Positions 29,226 through 40,718 of a stretch of DNA of 64,000 bases are shown one piece after another. The DNA lies in NCBI GenBank assembly GCA_965246715.1, contig CBDFFH010000002.1, forward strand, positions 224,001 to 288,000. The letters run 5' to 3'. The DNA is from Chamaesiphon sp. (lineage in GTDB: Bacteria; Cyanobacteriota; Cyanobacteriia; Cyanobacteriales; Chamaesiphonaceae). Each line of letters starts with the position of its first letter. Within the stretch, counting starts at the first letter, position 1. A program made the position numbers and the translations under genes. The notes under the pieces are model-generated. The model was given only the letters and a program-made list of their open reading frames with translations. It ran no database searches and was not told where the DNA came from.

Positions 29226-30302
29226 TTACTGTTTTGCCAGACTCAATGTCTGGGCGATCGCGCGATCGAGATTGGTGACGAGTTCGATCGATAATGGGAG
29301 CAAACCAGCCACTTTATCTAAATCTTGCTCCAAAACTCGCCAGACAATCTTCGGCTGGCGATCGCTGGCTAAATACTGCATTACCTGTTGACAACAGGCG
29401 ATCTCACTCCCGACTAGATTTACGAGCAAAACATCGATACCAGCCCGATCGACTCGATCGAGTGCGATTTGGATTTCTTCACTATTAGCCGGATCGACGA
29501 CGATACATTGAGCGACTTGTCCGCCACCTTGCGCGATCCCATCTAACATCGCCAGCGCCAACCCATTGCCGCTACAAATAATGCTGATATTTCCCACAGC
29601 AGTAAATAGCGGCGATAGCGAACCCAATCGATTGCGGGCAACGTCCACTACTTGCCACGGTTTGAGATTGGGATGTCGGCTCACGGCATAAGGATTGACG
29701 CTAATCTTGCCATCTAATGCCATCACTGCCCCCTGACTATCGACTCCCAAAGGATTGATCTCGACTAAATCTAGATCCTGAGACTGCATCAACACATACA
29801 TTTTTTCGATAATATCGCTGACAGCTAGCATCAAGTCACCCTGAAGTCCCATTTTTAATGCCAGCCGCCGCGCGTAAAAAGGCGAGAATTCATCATAGAC
29901 CACCACCTGCTGAATTTGATTCAGTACGGCATGAATATTCATTCCCCCATCGCTCGATCCCAACAATAACGGACGACAAGCTACTCTGTCGATCGCGATC
30001 GCCAAGTAAAACTCCTGACTGGTATTATATTTAGCCTCAGCTAATAATACTTCCGGATATTCACCCATAATCGGCAAGTTAAAGATCGTCCGCGCCGCCG
30101 CGATCGCATCGATGGTATTCTCGACAAATCTAATCCCGCCAGCCTTCCCGCGATTGCCAACACTAACTTGTGACTTTAAGACTACCGGATAGGGAATCCG
30201 CAAGGCTTTCAAATCTGTGGGTCGATCGATCCGCTGTGATGGCAATACCGGAATTCCCACCTGTCTGAATAATTCTTTAGCTTGATACTCTAGTAAATCC
30301 AT
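29226..30302 (-). CDS. sucC: Succinyl-CoA synthetase beta subunit-like
   Basis: MDLLEYQAKELF, RGKAGGI, VEINPL, ALDGK. Confidence 0.9.
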   Translation of the reverse strand: MDLLEYQAKELFRQVGIPVLPSQRIDRPTDLKALRIPYPVVLKSQVSVGNRGKAGGIRFVENTIDAIAAARTIFNLPIMGEYPEVLLAEAKYNTSQEFYLAIAIDRVACRPLLLGSSDGGMNIHAVLNQIQQVVVYDEFSPFYARRLALKMGLQGDLMLAVSDIIEKMYVLMQSQDLDLVEINPLGVDSQGAVMALDGKISVNPYAVSRHPNLKPWQVVDVARNRLGSLSPLFTAVGNISIICSGNGLALAMLDGIAQGGGQVAQCIVVDPANSEEIQIALDRVDRAGIDVLLVNLVGSEIACCQQVMQYLASDRQPKIVWRVLEQDLDKVAGLLPLSIELVTNLDRAIAQTLSLAKQ

Positions 30303-30312
30303 GTAGCGAGAG

Positions 30313-30439
30313 AGGGAGGAAAGGGGAAAGGGGAAAGGGGAAAGGGGAAAGGAGAAAGGAAGGAAGTGCAATGGATGCGAGGAATGTAGGGAATGTTGAA
30401 GAATAATTGTTCACTATTCACTGTTCACTGTTCACTGCT
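30313..30439. repeat. Heptamer short tandem repeats (STRR-like)
   Basis: (AGGGGAA)n at ~30320-30360 and (TGTTCAC)n at ~30408-30437. Confidence 0.75.
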
Positions 30440-30441
30440 TA

Positions 30442-31269
30442 CTAATCCTTCGCTGGAGCTTCGACCTTCAATTCCCCAGTGGGACTAGTTGTAACCTTAC
30501 CACCAAGGGCTATGATTTCCGCGATCGCACGATCGACAACTGGTTTATCGATGGCATTACCTAGTACCATATTCCAAGCATCAAATTGAGCTTGCTTGCT
30601 ATTAGGGTTATGCGCTAGATATTTGACGGTACGTTCGGAGACGCGAACGGCATTTTTACTCTCAGGATCGGAGTATTGCTTAGCCCATTCAACCGCAGTT
30701 TGCATCGATCGAAGCGCATCGGGTACCTTCCCTAAAAATAGTAACTCATCTGTGGATTTGAGTCGCCAAATATAGTAGCCGCGATTGGGGATTTTTGGGG
30801 TCAGCGACTGAAGACCTTTTGCCATCAAACCAACCGATCTTTCTGGTTGTCCGGCATAGAGGGAGCCAGTATTGGACAAATAATAATAGGCATACAGAAA
30901 CCGAGGATCGCGATCGAGGATCAGCTCGAAATAATCGATCGCGGCCCCATACCCAGCTTGTTGACGAACTTCCGCATCTCCAAAATATTGGAGGAAATTC
31001 ATAAAATACCAGTCAGCAATAATATTTTTGAATCCAAATGATGGGAGCGCTTGCAGGAGCGAAAGTTGCATTTTTGTTTTCGTTTCTTCTTGTCCGAGTG
31101 CTACCTTACTCAAACCTTGGCGCGATTGCTTGAGTGCGGCTAGCTGAGTGTTCTGAAGACAAATCACCACTGCGAACGACCCGAGAATCGCCGCGAGCTG
31201 TCCGCATAGCGTTAGCGATTGTTTTGCTTTAGATTCAGCCCAAACCGGAGTTGTAATCGATACTGACAT
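30442..31269 (-). CDS. Hypothetical helical (TPR-like) membrane-anchored protein
   Basis: N-terminal TM; FGFKNIIADW..FLQYFGD, DPRF. Confidence 0.75.
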   Translation of the reverse strand: MSVSITTPVWAESKAKQSLTLCGQLAAILGSFAVVICLQNTQLAALKQSRQGLSKVALGQEETKTKMQLSLLQALPSFGFKNIIADWYFMNFLQYFGDAEVRQQAGYGAAIDYFELILDRDPRFLYAYYYLSNTGSLYAGQPERSVGLMAKGLQSLTPKIPNRGYYIWRLKSTDELLFLGKVPDALRSMQTAVEWAKQYSDPESKNAVRVSERTVKYLAHNPNSKQAQFDAWNMVLGNAIDKPVVDRAIAEIIALGGKVTTSPTGELKVEAPAKD

Positions 31270-31391
31270 AAATAAACTAAATTCGATCCAAAATGATAGT
31301 TAACAGCCGAAAATTGGTAACTTAAAGAAATAGCTCTTACCTTACTAAGACAAGAGATAACCACACACGATCGCGAGGAGTAGAACAGACT

Positions 31392-31808
31392 ATGGAAAAT
31401 AACAAATTAACAAAAGTTCTTGTTGTTGTTGCGGGAATTGCCTTCCTTGGTTCGAGCGTGGCTGGATTGAGCGGACTGATTGCCAGTTCCATCAACGAAC
31501 CCGCCGCTAGCGAAAAATCCTCCCAACCTCAGAATGCCCAACTTGAAGCCGAAGAGAAAGGTTTCCTCGGAGTTTTACAACGAGAACCAAATAATCAAAC
31601 CGCACTGAAGGGATTGGTACAGATTCGGCTGCAACGCGGTGATGTCCCTGGCACTAAAACGATCCTCGAACGACTCGTCAAAACCAATCCCGGCAACAAA
31701 CAGTACCAAGAATTTCTCGACGCTGTGAATAAACAGATCGCAGATCCTAAAAAAGTGGGTACTCTAAACACAACTGAGCCAAAGCAACCGACTAAACCGT
31801 CTAAGTAG
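31392..31808 (+). CDS. TPR-containing protein
   Basis: VLQREPNNQTALKGLV...LVKTNP. Confidence 0.75.
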   Translation: MENNKLTKVLVVVAGIAFLGSSVAGLSGLIASSINEPAASEKSSQPQNAQLEAEEKGFLGVLQREPNNQTALKGLVQIRLQRGDVPGTKTILERLVKTNPGNKQYQEFLDAVNKQIADPKKVGTLNTTEPKQPTKPSK

Positions 31809-31849
31809 GTGCTGGTGAGGGGTTTAGTCGTTACCCATCAACTCGATCT

Positions 31850-32620
31850 ATGAAAGTCATTCTCCTCGCAGGTGGTTTAGGCACGCGCCTCACCGAAGAA
31901 ACTGAAATTCGCCCCAAACCCATGGTCGAAATCGGCGGTCGGCCGATCCTGTGGCATATCATGAAACATTATGCCCATTATGGCTTTCAAGAATTTCTAG
32001 TGGCATTGGGTTACAAGGGCGAATATATCAAGCGCTATTTTCTGGACTACTACACCCTCAATGGGAGTATGACGATCGATCTAGCATCAGGAGCCGTTCA
32101 GCCACAAATCAAAGAATGTGAAGATTGGAAACTACATCTGCTAGATACCGGACTGCAAACTCATACTGGGGGAAGACTCAAGCGGTTAGAATCTTACCTC
32201 AGCGGTGAAACTTTCATGATTACCTATGGGGATGGAGTGAGTAATATCGATCTTCAAAAGTTGCTGGAATTTCACAAGTCCCACGGCAAATGGGTAACGG
32301 TTAGTGCGGTACGTCCGCCAGCGAGATTTGGGGGATTAGTTTTAGAAGGCGATTTAGTTACCAACTTCACGGAGAAACCCCAAGCTGGAGAGGGTTGGAT
32401 TAATGGTGGATTTCTAGTGATGGAACCCCAGGTTTTTAAATACTTGACCAACGATAGTATGGGTTTGGAAATTGAGTTATTGGAACAGTTAGCAGTAGAC
32501 GGACAGTTAGCTGCTTATCGTCACTATGATTTCTGGCAATGTATGGATACCCTTCGCGATAAATACAACTTAGAAAATTTCTGGCAAAGTGGCAAACCTC
32601 CTTGGAAAGTTTGGGAATAA
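31850..32620 (+). CDS. rfbF: Glucose-1-phosphate cytidylyltransferase
   Basis: LAGGLGTRLTEET..PKPMVEIG; INGGF; WQCMDTLRD. Confidence 0.93.
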   Translation: MKVILLAGGLGTRLTEETEIRPKPMVEIGGRPILWHIMKHYAHYGFQEFLVALGYKGEYIKRYFLDYYTLNGSMTIDLASGAVQPQIKECEDWKLHLLDTGLQTHTGGRLKRLESYLSGETFMITYGDGVSNIDLQKLLEFHKSHGKWVTVSAVRPPARFGGLVLEGDLVTNFTEKPQAGEGWINGGFLVMEPQVFKYLTNDSMGLEIELLEQLAVDGQLAAYRHYDFWQCMDTLRDKYNLENFWQSGKPPWKVWE

Positions 32621-32656
32621 TAAGCAAGTGGGCTATTGCATGAGGGTGTCTGGGCA

Positions 32657-33718
32657 ATGAATTCAAGTAGTAGTTTTTGGAACGATCGACCGACATTAGT
32701 AACTGGCGGTACTGGCTTGCTTGGTGGCTGGCTGGTAAAACGTTTATTGACGCTCGGTGCGAATGTGGTTTGTGTCATTCGGGACACCGTGCCACAGTCG
32801 GAATTGATGCGTTCTGGGGCGATCGATCGAGTCAAAGTAGTACGTGGCGATGTCTGCGATCGCGTCTTCCTCGAACGGGTCTTGGGCGAGTATGAAATCG
32901 ACACGGTGATGCATCTAGCCGCCCAGACAATCGTCGGTATTGCCAATCGGAACCCAATTTCGACTTTCGAGACTAATATCGCCGGAACCTGGCAGATGCT
33001 CGAAGCCTGTCGCCATAGTCCGACAGTGAAGCAAATTGTGATGGCTTCCTCGGATAAAGCCTATGGTGATTGTGAGACGCTCCCCTATGTCGAAACCACA
33101 CCTTTGCAAGGGTTACACCCCTACGATGTGAGTAAATCCTGTGCCGATCTGATCGCCCAAACCTATGGGCACACTTACAAATTACCCGTAGCAATTACCC
33201 GCTGTGGCAATTTCTATGGCGGTGGCGACTTAAATTGGAATCGCATTATTCCTGGGACGATTCGATCGATCCTGCGCAATGAAGCACCGATAATTCGTTC
33301 TGATGGTAGTTTTATCCGCGACTATATCTATGGCGAAGATGGTGCGGCAGCTTATATTTTATTAGCCGAGCACCTAGCCAGTAATTCCAGCTTGTACGGC
33401 CAAGCATTTAATTTCTCGAATGAGACACAAGTTACCGTTTTAGATTTAGTCGGACGAACGATTGAGTTAATGGACTCCGACTTACAGCCGATCGTCCAGA
33501 ATCAGGCAAGTAACGAAATTCAGCACCAATTTCTCGATGCAACTAAAGCCAAAGAAATCTTAGGCTGGATGCCTGAATTTACACTCGATCGTGGACTAGA
33601 AAAGACGATCGCTTGGTATCGGAACTTCCTCGACAGATCTACGGCTCGTTTGGAATATTCCGAAATGGAGCAATTACCATTGTCGAATATCCCAATGCAA
33701 CAAGTCATTCACAACTAA
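32657..33718 (+). CDS. CDP-glucose 4,6-dehydratase-like NAD-dependent epimerase/dehydratase
   Basis: [30 protein letters not shown]. Confidence 0.88.
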   Translation: MNSSSSFWNDRPTLVTGGTGLLGGWLVKRLLTLGANVVCVIRDTVPQSELMRSGAIDRVKVVRGDVCDRVFLERVLGEYEIDTVMHLAAQTIVGIANRNPISTFETNIAGTWQMLEACRHSPTVKQIVMASSDKAYGDCETLPYVETTPLQGLHPYDVSKSCADLIAQTYGHTYKLPVAITRCGNFYGGGDLNWNRIIPGTIRSILRNEAPIIRSDGSFIRDYIYGEDGAAAYILLAEHLASNSSLYGQAFNFSNETQVTVLDLVGRTIELMDSDLQPIVQNQASNEIQHQFLDATKAKEILGWMPEFTLDRGLEKTIAWYRNFLDRSTARLEYSEMEQLPLSNIPMQQVIHN

Positions 33719-33758
33719 CAATATTCAATACCAAGCAAGATCTAATAATCTTGTATTC

Positions 33759-35003
33759 ATGAACATGAACCATCGCAACTGTCGTTTTTGTCAGCATCCG
33801 CTCCAGCATACATTTGTCGATCTTGGTGGATCGCCAATTTCTAATGATTTTTTAACAGCAGAACAACTCGATAAACCCGAGCAGTTTTATCCGCTTCATA
33901 CTTACGTCTGCGATCGCTGTTTTCTAGTTCAATTAGAATCTGTCGAGTCACCAGAACATATTTTTGGCGATGGTGATTATGCTTACTTTTCATCTTATTC
34001 TGATAGCTGGCTCAAGCATTGTCAGCAGTATACAGACTTAATGACCGAGCGATTCGGACTCGATGGCGATAGTCAAGTCATCGAAATTGCGAGTAACGAT
34101 GGATATTTATTACAGTATTTCCAACAGAAGAATATTTCAGTACTAGGCATCGAGCCAGCAAGTAATGTTGCTGCTGTCGCTGAATCCAAAGGCATTCCCA
34201 CACTAACTAAATTCTTTGGCGTGCAGACAGCACGGGAATTAGTCGATCGCGGTAAACAAGCGGATTTATTATTAGGTAATAATGTGCTCGCTCATGTCCC
34301 AGATCTCAATGATTTTGTGGCCGGGATGAAGCTATTATTAAAACCACATGGCATTATCACGATCGAGTTTCCGCACCTCCTCCAATTAATCGATCGTAAT
34401 CAGTTCGATACGATCTATCACGAACATTTCTCTTACTTCTCTTTTTTGGCAGTCGAGCAAGTATTTACTGCACATGGATTGACATTATTCGATGTCGAAG
34501 AACTTCCGACTCATGGCGGTTCGTTAAGAATTTACGGACGACATGTAGAATATCGGGATTTACCAATTGACGAGCGAGTAATTCAGTTAAAATCTAAAGA
34601 ATCTGCAGCTAGATTAGATAAAGTCGAGACCTATCTAAGTTTTGACAAACAGGTGCAAACTGTCAAACGTCAATTACTCCAATTTGCAATCGAGGCAAAA
34701 AATCAAGGTAAATCGATCGTCGCCTATGGTGCCCCAGCTAAAGGCAACACCTTATTAAATTATTGCGGGATTCGGACAGATTTTATCGACTATACAGTCG
34801 ATCGGAGTCCACACAAGCAAGGACTATTTTTACCAGGCACGCATATCCCAGTTTATCATCTCGATCGGATTGCCGAAACTAAGCCAGATTATCTCTTAAT
34901 CTTACCTTGGAACCTGCGATCGGAGATCGTCGAACAAATGGCTCATATTCGTGAATGGGGTGGTAAATTCGTCGTACCGATTCCTCAATTAGAAATTATC
35001 TAA
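33759..35003 (+). CDS. NDP-sugar C-methyltransferase
   Basis: CRFC...CDRC zinc site, EIASNDG, FDTIYHEH, HGGSLR, YGAPAKG. Confidence 0.9.
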   Translation: MNMNHRNCRFCQHPLQHTFVDLGGSPISNDFLTAEQLDKPEQFYPLHTYVCDRCFLVQLESVESPEHIFGDGDYAYFSSYSDSWLKHCQQYTDLMTERFGLDGDSQVIEIASNDGYLLQYFQQKNISVLGIEPASNVAAVAESKGIPTLTKFFGVQTARELVDRGKQADLLLGNNVLAHVPDLNDFVAGMKLLLKPHGIITIEFPHLLQLIDRNQFDTIYHEHFSYFSFLAVEQVFTAHGLTLFDVEELPTHGGSLRIYGRHVEYRDLPIDERVIQLKSKESAARLDKVETYLSFDKQVQTVKRQLLQFAIEAKNQGKSIVAYGAPAKGNTLLNYCGIRTDFIDYTVDRSPHKQGLFLPGTHIPVYHLDRIAETKPDYLLILPWNLRSEIVEQMAHIREWGGKFVVPIPQLEII

Positions 35004-35049
35004 AATTTAGGGTAGGGGCAATTCATACATTGTCCCTACCCTAAATTTC
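35004..35049. repeat. GTAG-type REP hairpin / bidirectional terminator
   Basis: AAATTTAGGGTAGGGGCAAT...ATTGTCCCTACCCTAAATTT; related copy at ~60561-60605. Confidence 0.7.
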
Positions 35050-35067
35050 ATACGTACATTCAGCTAT

Positions 35068-36060
35068 TTAAACTACTGGAAAATGTCGGTCGATAAATAG
35101 TTCGACATCTTCAGACAAAATTAAATCTAAATTATTTTCAATTTTGTCTATTTCCCAATTCCACCATTTAATTGTTATTAATTTAGATATTGCTTCATCA
35201 CTAAATCTTTTTTTAAGTATCTTTGCTGGATTACCACCAACGATCGCGTAGGGTTCGACATTTTTGGTAACGACAGCATTAGCAGCAATAATCGCACCGT
35301 CGCCAATTGTGATTCCAGATAAAATTGTTGAATTGAGGCCGATCCAAACATCATTACCGATAATTACATCACCCTTAGTCATTTTTTCTGGATATCGAGC
35401 GCATCGTCCTTTAAATTCCTTAAATATTGCGCCAAATGGGAAGGAAGAAACCCAATCGATCGGATGATTACCACCTAGCAAAATAGTTACATTTTCGGCG
35501 ATCGAACAAAAGTCACCTATTCTCAAAGTCGAACCTTGATGCCAGTCTTTGACGATCGGGGCACCATAAGTATACTTACCGATTGAGTATTTAGTGTACC
35601 TAGAAAATTTTCTGGTATAAGGTAAACTAAACTTATATATTTGCTCTTTTTCTAGGATCGTCTCGGCGGCTTCTTGATGACAGTCGATCGCTTCGAGAGC
35701 ATTTATTAAAGCCTCATAATTTTCAGTAGTTCGATCTCCTAAATCGATTGATTGTCTGAACGCGTCGATCGCCTCTTCAAAATTTCTCGTTGCGAAATAT
35801 ATCTGTCCAGCAGTTTTATAAAACTCTGCTCGATCTGGATCGATGAAAATAGCTTGAGCGATCGAGTCGATCGCTAATTCATTGTTACCAGTCTGATGAT
35901 AGAGATATGCTAATAAATTGAAAGCTTGGCAATTATTGGGGTCTAGATCGATAACTTGCTGATATAGTGCTTCAGCTTCACAGATCTGTCCGAGATGATG
36001 AGCGGCTAATCCTTGCTCGATGAGATTGTCTATCGGTTGAATAGTCGAACTTGTTTTCAT
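35068..36060 (-). CDS. TPR plus CatB/Vat-like hexapeptide O-acetyltransferase
   Basis: N-terminal TPRs; [27 protein letters not shown]. Confidence 0.88.
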   Translation of the reverse strand: MKTSSTIQPIDNLIEQGLAAHHLGQICEAEALYQQVIDLDPNNCQAFNLLAYLYHQTGNNELAIDSIAQAIFIDPDRAEFYKTAGQIYFATRNFEEAIDAFRQSIDLGDRTTENYEALINALEAIDCHQEAAETILEKEQIYKFSLPYTRKFSRYTKYSIGKYTYGAPIVKDWHQGSTLRIGDFCSIAENVTILLGGNHPIDWVSSFPFGAIFKEFKGRCARYPEKMTKGDVIIGNDVWIGLNSTILSGITIGDGAIIAANAVVTKNVEPYAIVGGNPAKILKKRFSDEAISKLITIKWWNWEIDKIENNLDLILSEDVELFIDRHFPVV

Positions 36061-36408
36061 GTTAGCGATAGTGATTACTAGCTCTATTTATAAGTTTCCC
36101 ACTTTCGGTGTATTAAAAACACTACAGCAGATCGATCTACAAATTGACCGGATTTTCTGGCCAGTAGTCTCCCCTATTTGTGCCGACATCGATCGGGTGC
36201 TGCTGAGAATTTTCGCAAGATTGGATACTGAGAATACATCTTGCGTACTTAATAATTTAGCTAAATCCAAATGAATGCAAAAAATCTTTACTAATATAAT
36301 GTTTCTTTTCATACCGAGCGGGGAACTATAACATGGAGATACGATCGAGTATCTGCATAAACTCTTTAGTCTTAGTCTTATCTACTTTTCCCTAGATCGA
36401 GGATTCCT

Positions 36409-37695
36409 ATGCCAGAAAACAGTCAACTCCTCGGTCAAGAGAAGATCGATCGAAACAATCGAGCAAACTTATTATCTATTGAGACAAGCACTGGGGTAGA
36501 TCTCTTTCCAGTACCCAATCTAAATGGGAGAACTTTCGACGTGGATAGCTCGATCGATCGTGAAACTAAACCGCGTATTTATTACACAAAACCTTCGATT
36601 ACTGAATTAGAAGTCACCTATGCTACCGACGCGGCGCGTAACGGTTGGGGAGATCGATGTTATGAGTACGTCAATCGCTTTGAAGAGGTATTCAAGGCTC
36701 ATCTGGGTGTGAAATATGCGCTGGCTACTTCAAGCTGCACGGGTGCCTTACACATGGGTATGGCGGCTCTGGGCATCGGATCTGGTGATGAAGTCATCCT
36801 AGCAGATACCAACTGGATTGCAACTGCTGCGCCGATCGTTCATTTGGGCGCAACGCCCGTATTTATCGATATTTTAGCTGATACTTGGTGTATCGATCCG
36901 GCATTAGTTGAAGCCGCAATCACGACCCGTACCAAAGCAATTATTGCTGTCCATTTGTATGGTAATTTGTGTGATATGGAGCGCCTACTTGCCATTGGCC
37001 AGAAGTATGGAATTCCAGTCATTGAAGATTCAGCAGAAGCAATTGGATCTATTTATCACGGTAGAAAAGCTGGGAGTATGGGCAAGTTTGGTAGTTTCTC
37101 TTTTCATGGTACTAAGACGATTACTACTGGCGAAGGGGGCATGTTCGTTACGAATGATGCAGATCTTTATGAAACTGTACTTACACTGTCTAACCATGGA
37201 CGTGCTAGAGGACAAACTAAACAGTTTTGGGCAGATACGATCGGATTTAAATATAAAATCTCTAATATTCAAGCCGCAATTGGCTGCGCCCAGATGGAAC
37301 GAATTGATGAGTTGATCGATCGAAAGCGTGAGATTCTCAAGTGCTATCGCGAACAGTTAAAATGCTTGCCTGGTATCTCAATTAACCCCGAATCATCCGG
37401 AACAGTCAATGGTGCGTGGATGCCTACCGCTGTTTTTAGTAAAGAAACAGGAATTAATCGCGATGATATTCAAGCTGCTTTGCGTTCTGAAAATATCGAT
37501 GCACGAGTGTTCTTTCATCCTTTGTCGAGCTTGCCAATGTTTGAGGATCGACAACTTAATATCAATGCTTGGGATATTCCCAATCGGGCAATCAATTTAC
37601 CAAGCTTCCACGATATGACCGATCGAGAGTTATCAATTATTGTAAATTTCATCACCAATAAATTCATAAAGTCGTGTAAATATTTAGATAATTAA
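36409..37695 (+). CDS. DegT/DnrJ/EryC1/StrS sugar aminotransferase
   Basis: SSCTGALH, VHLYG, EDSAEA, FSFHGTKTITTGEGG. Confidence 0.92.
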   Translation: MPENSQLLGQEKIDRNNRANLLSIETSTGVDLFPVPNLNGRTFDVDSSIDRETKPRIYYTKPSITELEVTYATDAARNGWGDRCYEYVNRFEEVFKAHLGVKYALATSSCTGALHMGMAALGIGSGDEVILADTNWIATAAPIVHLGATPVFIDILADTWCIDPALVEAAITTRTKAIIAVHLYGNLCDMERLLAIGQKYGIPVIEDSAEAIGSIYHGRKAGSMGKFGSFSFHGTKTITTGEGGMFVTNDADLYETVLTLSNHGRARGQTKQFWADTIGFKYKISNIQAAIGCAQMERIDELIDRKREILKCYREQLKCLPGISINPESSGTVNGAWMPTAVFSKETGINRDDIQAALRSENIDARVFFHPLSSLPMFEDRQLNINAWDIPNRAINLPSFHDMTDRELSIIVNFITNKFIKSCKYLDN

Positions 37696-37715
37696 AAAAT
37701 ATTCTTGATGTATGT

Positions 37716-38390
37716 ATGTTAGAAGCAACTAAATTAATTGAAGATATAGTGACTGAGAAAATACAAGTAAAAATACCCATTTTTAAACCTAACACAGAAG
37801 AAATTGGATTTTTATCTCCAATCACATTATCGATACTAAGCGATACAGATATTATTGACAAAATGACTAATTGGAGGAATAAAAACTCAGCTAGTTTTTT
37901 AACTAAATTTACTGCTACACCAGAACGTACAGAACGATGGTTGAAAACTTCGATCTTATCAAGCAAAAATAGATTAATCTTGTTAATTTATTTAAAGATT
38001 AAAACTGATACTTACTCGTGTGACAAACTTATTGGACATTTAGGATTTTTTGATTTAACTGATATCTCAGCAGAAGGTGATGCAATTATTAGAGGCGAAC
38101 ATGGGGGTGGTAGGGATTTTATTAAATATGCAGCCCTTGCTCAAATGAACTGGTTTTATACTCAATTTAGACCCCGAAGTTTAACATGTAGAATACTAAG
38201 TAACAATGAATCAGCTATAAACATGACACTTTCAATAGGCTATAAGATTGAGAAAGAAGTTAATGTCTATATTCATAATAACAACGGCGAACAAAATTTT
38301 AGAGAGTGGGGCGAAAAATCTCAGCTAGTACCAGATACTAAGCTAATATACCTTAAATCAGAAAATCCATATAATAATATTTCACTATGA
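37716..38390 (+). CDS. GNAT/RimJ-like N-acyltransferase
   Basis: NWRN, LIGHLG, ILSNNESAI...GY; position after the aminotransferase. Confidence 0.65.
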   Translation: MLEATKLIEDIVTEKIQVKIPIFKPNTEEIGFLSPITLSILSDTDIIDKMTNWRNKNSASFLTKFTATPERTERWLKTSILSSKNRLILLIYLKIKTDTYSCDKLIGHLGFFDLTDISAEGDAIIRGEHGGGRDFIKYAALAQMNWFYTQFRPRSLTCRILSNNESAINMTLSIGYKIEKEVNVYIHNNNGEQNFREWGEKSQLVPDTKLIYLKSENPYNNISL

Positions 38391-38469
38391 TATTTTATAT
38401 CAATAACTGGGAATTATAAGTTTAGGAATAGAAAACGTATCATTTAATTTAATTAAACAGAGTAGCACT

Positions 38470-38703
38470 ATGAATAAGCAAGCTTTTTTATTAAGTATCC
38501 ATGAATTATTAGAGCTAGATCCCGGCACAGTAGATTTAGATAGTCAACTAGCAGGGATTGAAAGCTGGGATTCTCTAACTGTAGTAGGCTTCATCGCCTT
38601 GGTCGATGAAAAATTTGAGACTGTAGTTTCTGCTTCTAAAATAGACAAGTGTAATACAATAGGTGATTTAATTATGCTAATTGAAAATAAAATTGAAAAC
38701 TAA
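38470..38703 (+). CDS. Acyl carrier protein
   Basis: 77 aa acidic protein with WDSL phosphopantetheine site. Confidence 0.88.
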   Translation: MNKQAFLLSIHELLELDPGTVDLDSQLAGIESWDSLTVVGFIALVDEKFETVVSASKIDKCNTIGDLIMLIENKIEN

Positions 38704-38850
38704 CTATAAATATAATCACGATTTTACAGATATTAACTCGATCCAACCACCCCATGATTATTCTAAATAATTTGAATAGGGATGAGTTAATTTTCTAAAT
38801 TAATTAGGAGTTATGCAAGAGAAATCAATTATTTAACAGAGGGAGGTCGA

Positions 38851-39921
38851 TTGGTGACAACAACTAAAATCAAGGATGTTCGTCTGGCAGGTATTGCCAG
38901 CGCAGTACCAGAAAAATTCATAACTAATGATTCTCTAAATCATATCTATGGTGTAGAGGAAATGGAAAAAATATCTGCTAGCACAGGTATCTATAAAAGA
39001 CACATAGCTCCCGCAGGAATGTGTGCGTCAGACCTATGTGTTGCAGCCAGCGAACGCCTCATTGAGGACTTACAATGGCAAAAGGACTCGATCGATGTAA
39101 TCATTTTTATTAGTCAATCTCCTGACTATATTGCACCAGCTACTGCTTGTACAATTCAACATAGACTGGGCTTGCCCAAAAATTGTGCAGCTTTTGATGT
39201 AAATCTGGGCTGTTCTGCCTATCCCTATGGACTATGGTTAGCAGCTAGCCTGATTGCTGGCAGTGGAGTTAATCGCGTTCTATTGATGGTTGGTGATATT
39301 ATGAGTGGAGCCGAAGCCCCTTACGCACCACGAGAGCGAGGAACCGCAGTTTTGTTTGGCGATGCAGGATCTGTTACCGCATTAGAAAGAGCTGAAAATG
39401 TACCGCCCATGACCTTTCAAATGGGTACAGATGGTGGTGGTAAAGACCATTTGATAGTTCGCAAAGGTGGATGGCGGAATCCTTATCCTCTTGGTAGTGA
39501 ATATGAAGGCGTTTATCTCCACATGGATGGGGCTGAAGTCTTCACCTTTACGCTGACTCAAATCCCCAAACTGGTAAAATCTATTTTAGTTGCAGCTAAT
39601 TGGTCAATTGAGGAAACTGACGCATTTGTTATGCACCAGGCTAATACTTTTATCCTGAAGCACTTAATGACCAAACTTAAAATTCCTTCTGAAAAAATGG
39701 TCATTGCGATGGAGGAATTTGGTAATACTAGCTGTGCGTCGATCCCTTTATCTTTGACCCATGCGCTCAAAAATAAGCTTCGTACCAGTAAGATGAATTT
39801 AGTCTTGACAGGTTTTGGTGTAGGCTTATCTTGGGCATCTGTCGCGCTTAACTGTGGTGAGATGGTGATGTCAGAATTAGTCTTAGTTGATGAGAGCAAT
39901 ATATACCAAGACATGGCTTGA
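38851..39921 (+). CDS. FabH-like 3-oxoacyl-ACP synthase III
   Basis: GCSAY, LFGDAG, HQAN, GNTSCAS, GFGVGLSW. Confidence 0.92.
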   Translation: MVTTTKIKDVRLAGIASAVPEKFITNDSLNHIYGVEEMEKISASTGIYKRHIAPAGMCASDLCVAASERLIEDLQWQKDSIDVIIFISQSPDYIAPATACTIQHRLGLPKNCAAFDVNLGCSAYPYGLWLAASLIAGSGVNRVLLMVGDIMSGAEAPYAPRERGTAVLFGDAGSVTALERAENVPPMTFQMGTDGGGKDHLIVRKGGWRNPYPLGSEYEGVYLHMDGAEVFTFTLTQIPKLVKSILVAANWSIEETDAFVMHQANTFILKHLMTKLKIPSEKMVIAMEEFGNTSCASIPLSLTHALKNKLRTSKMNLVLTGFGVGLSWASVALNCGEMVMSELVLVDESNIYQDMA

Positions 39922-40688
39922 ATTGTATGCCAATAAACCCTATGGATCTTACAGGCAGATCGATATTAGTTACGGGAGCTTCATCAGGAATTGGCCGGGA
40001 GACTTCGATTTTACTGAGTCAGTTAGGAGCTAAGGTTATTCTAGTGGGACGTAATATTGAAAGGTTAGAAAAAACACTTAGTTGTCTAGAGATTGGTAGT
40101 CATCAAATCGAAAGATTTGATTTGAGGCAGGTAGATGAAATTCCTATATGGCTGAAAGAAATAACTACTAAACTCGAACCGATAGATGGGCTAGTTCATA
40201 GTGCTGGTATAGCCCCTACAATGCCTATTCGTTTTACTACTGCAAAACATCTAAATAATACCCTAACAACAAATCTCAGCTCTAGCATATTTTTAGCCAA
40301 AGCTTTAAGGCAAAAAGGTTGTCACAAATTGCCAAGTAGTTTGGTTTTTCTTTCATCAGCTGCTGGCTTAGTTGGTATTGAATCTTTAGCAGAGTATTCT
40401 GCTACTAAGGGAGCACTGATCTCAATGGCCAGATCTTTGGCGGTAGAGCTAGTAAAAGATGGAATCAGGGTGAATTGTGTTGCACCTGGATTTGTAAAGT
40501 CTGAAATGTCAGAGCAATATCAAGAAATTTCCTCACCTGAGAGGTTTGCCAAAATGGAAGCTTCTCATTTATTAGGCATGGGTACAACGAGAGATATAGC
40601 TCATGCTATTGCCTTTTTATTAGCAGATACAGGCAAATGGATTACCGGAACAACTCTATCTGTAGATGGAGGCTGTACAGCAATTTAA
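39918..40688 (+). CDS. SDR oxidoreductase (FabG-like)
   Basis: TGASSGIG, YSATK, IRVNCVAPG. Confidence 0.92.
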   Translation: MNCMPINPMDLTGRSILVTGASSGIGRETSILLSQLGAKVILVGRNIERLEKTLSCLEIGSHQIERFDLRQVDEIPIWLKEITTKLEPIDGLVHSAGIAPTMPIRFTTAKHLNNTLTTNLSSSIFLAKALRQKGCHKLPSSLVFLSSAAGLVGIESLAEYSATKGALISMARSLAVELVKDGIRVNCVAPGFVKSEMSEQYQEISSPERFAKMEASHLLGMGTTRDIAHAIAFLLADTGKWITGTTLSVDGGCTAI

Positions 40689-40718
40689 TGATATCTAATT
40701 ATCTCAACGTTATAGTTT

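Noticed and set aside
30303..30371. N-terminal extension of SucC (FPLSPFPFPL)
   Set aside because: Translation of heptamer tandem repeats; the true start is MDLLEYQ at 30302
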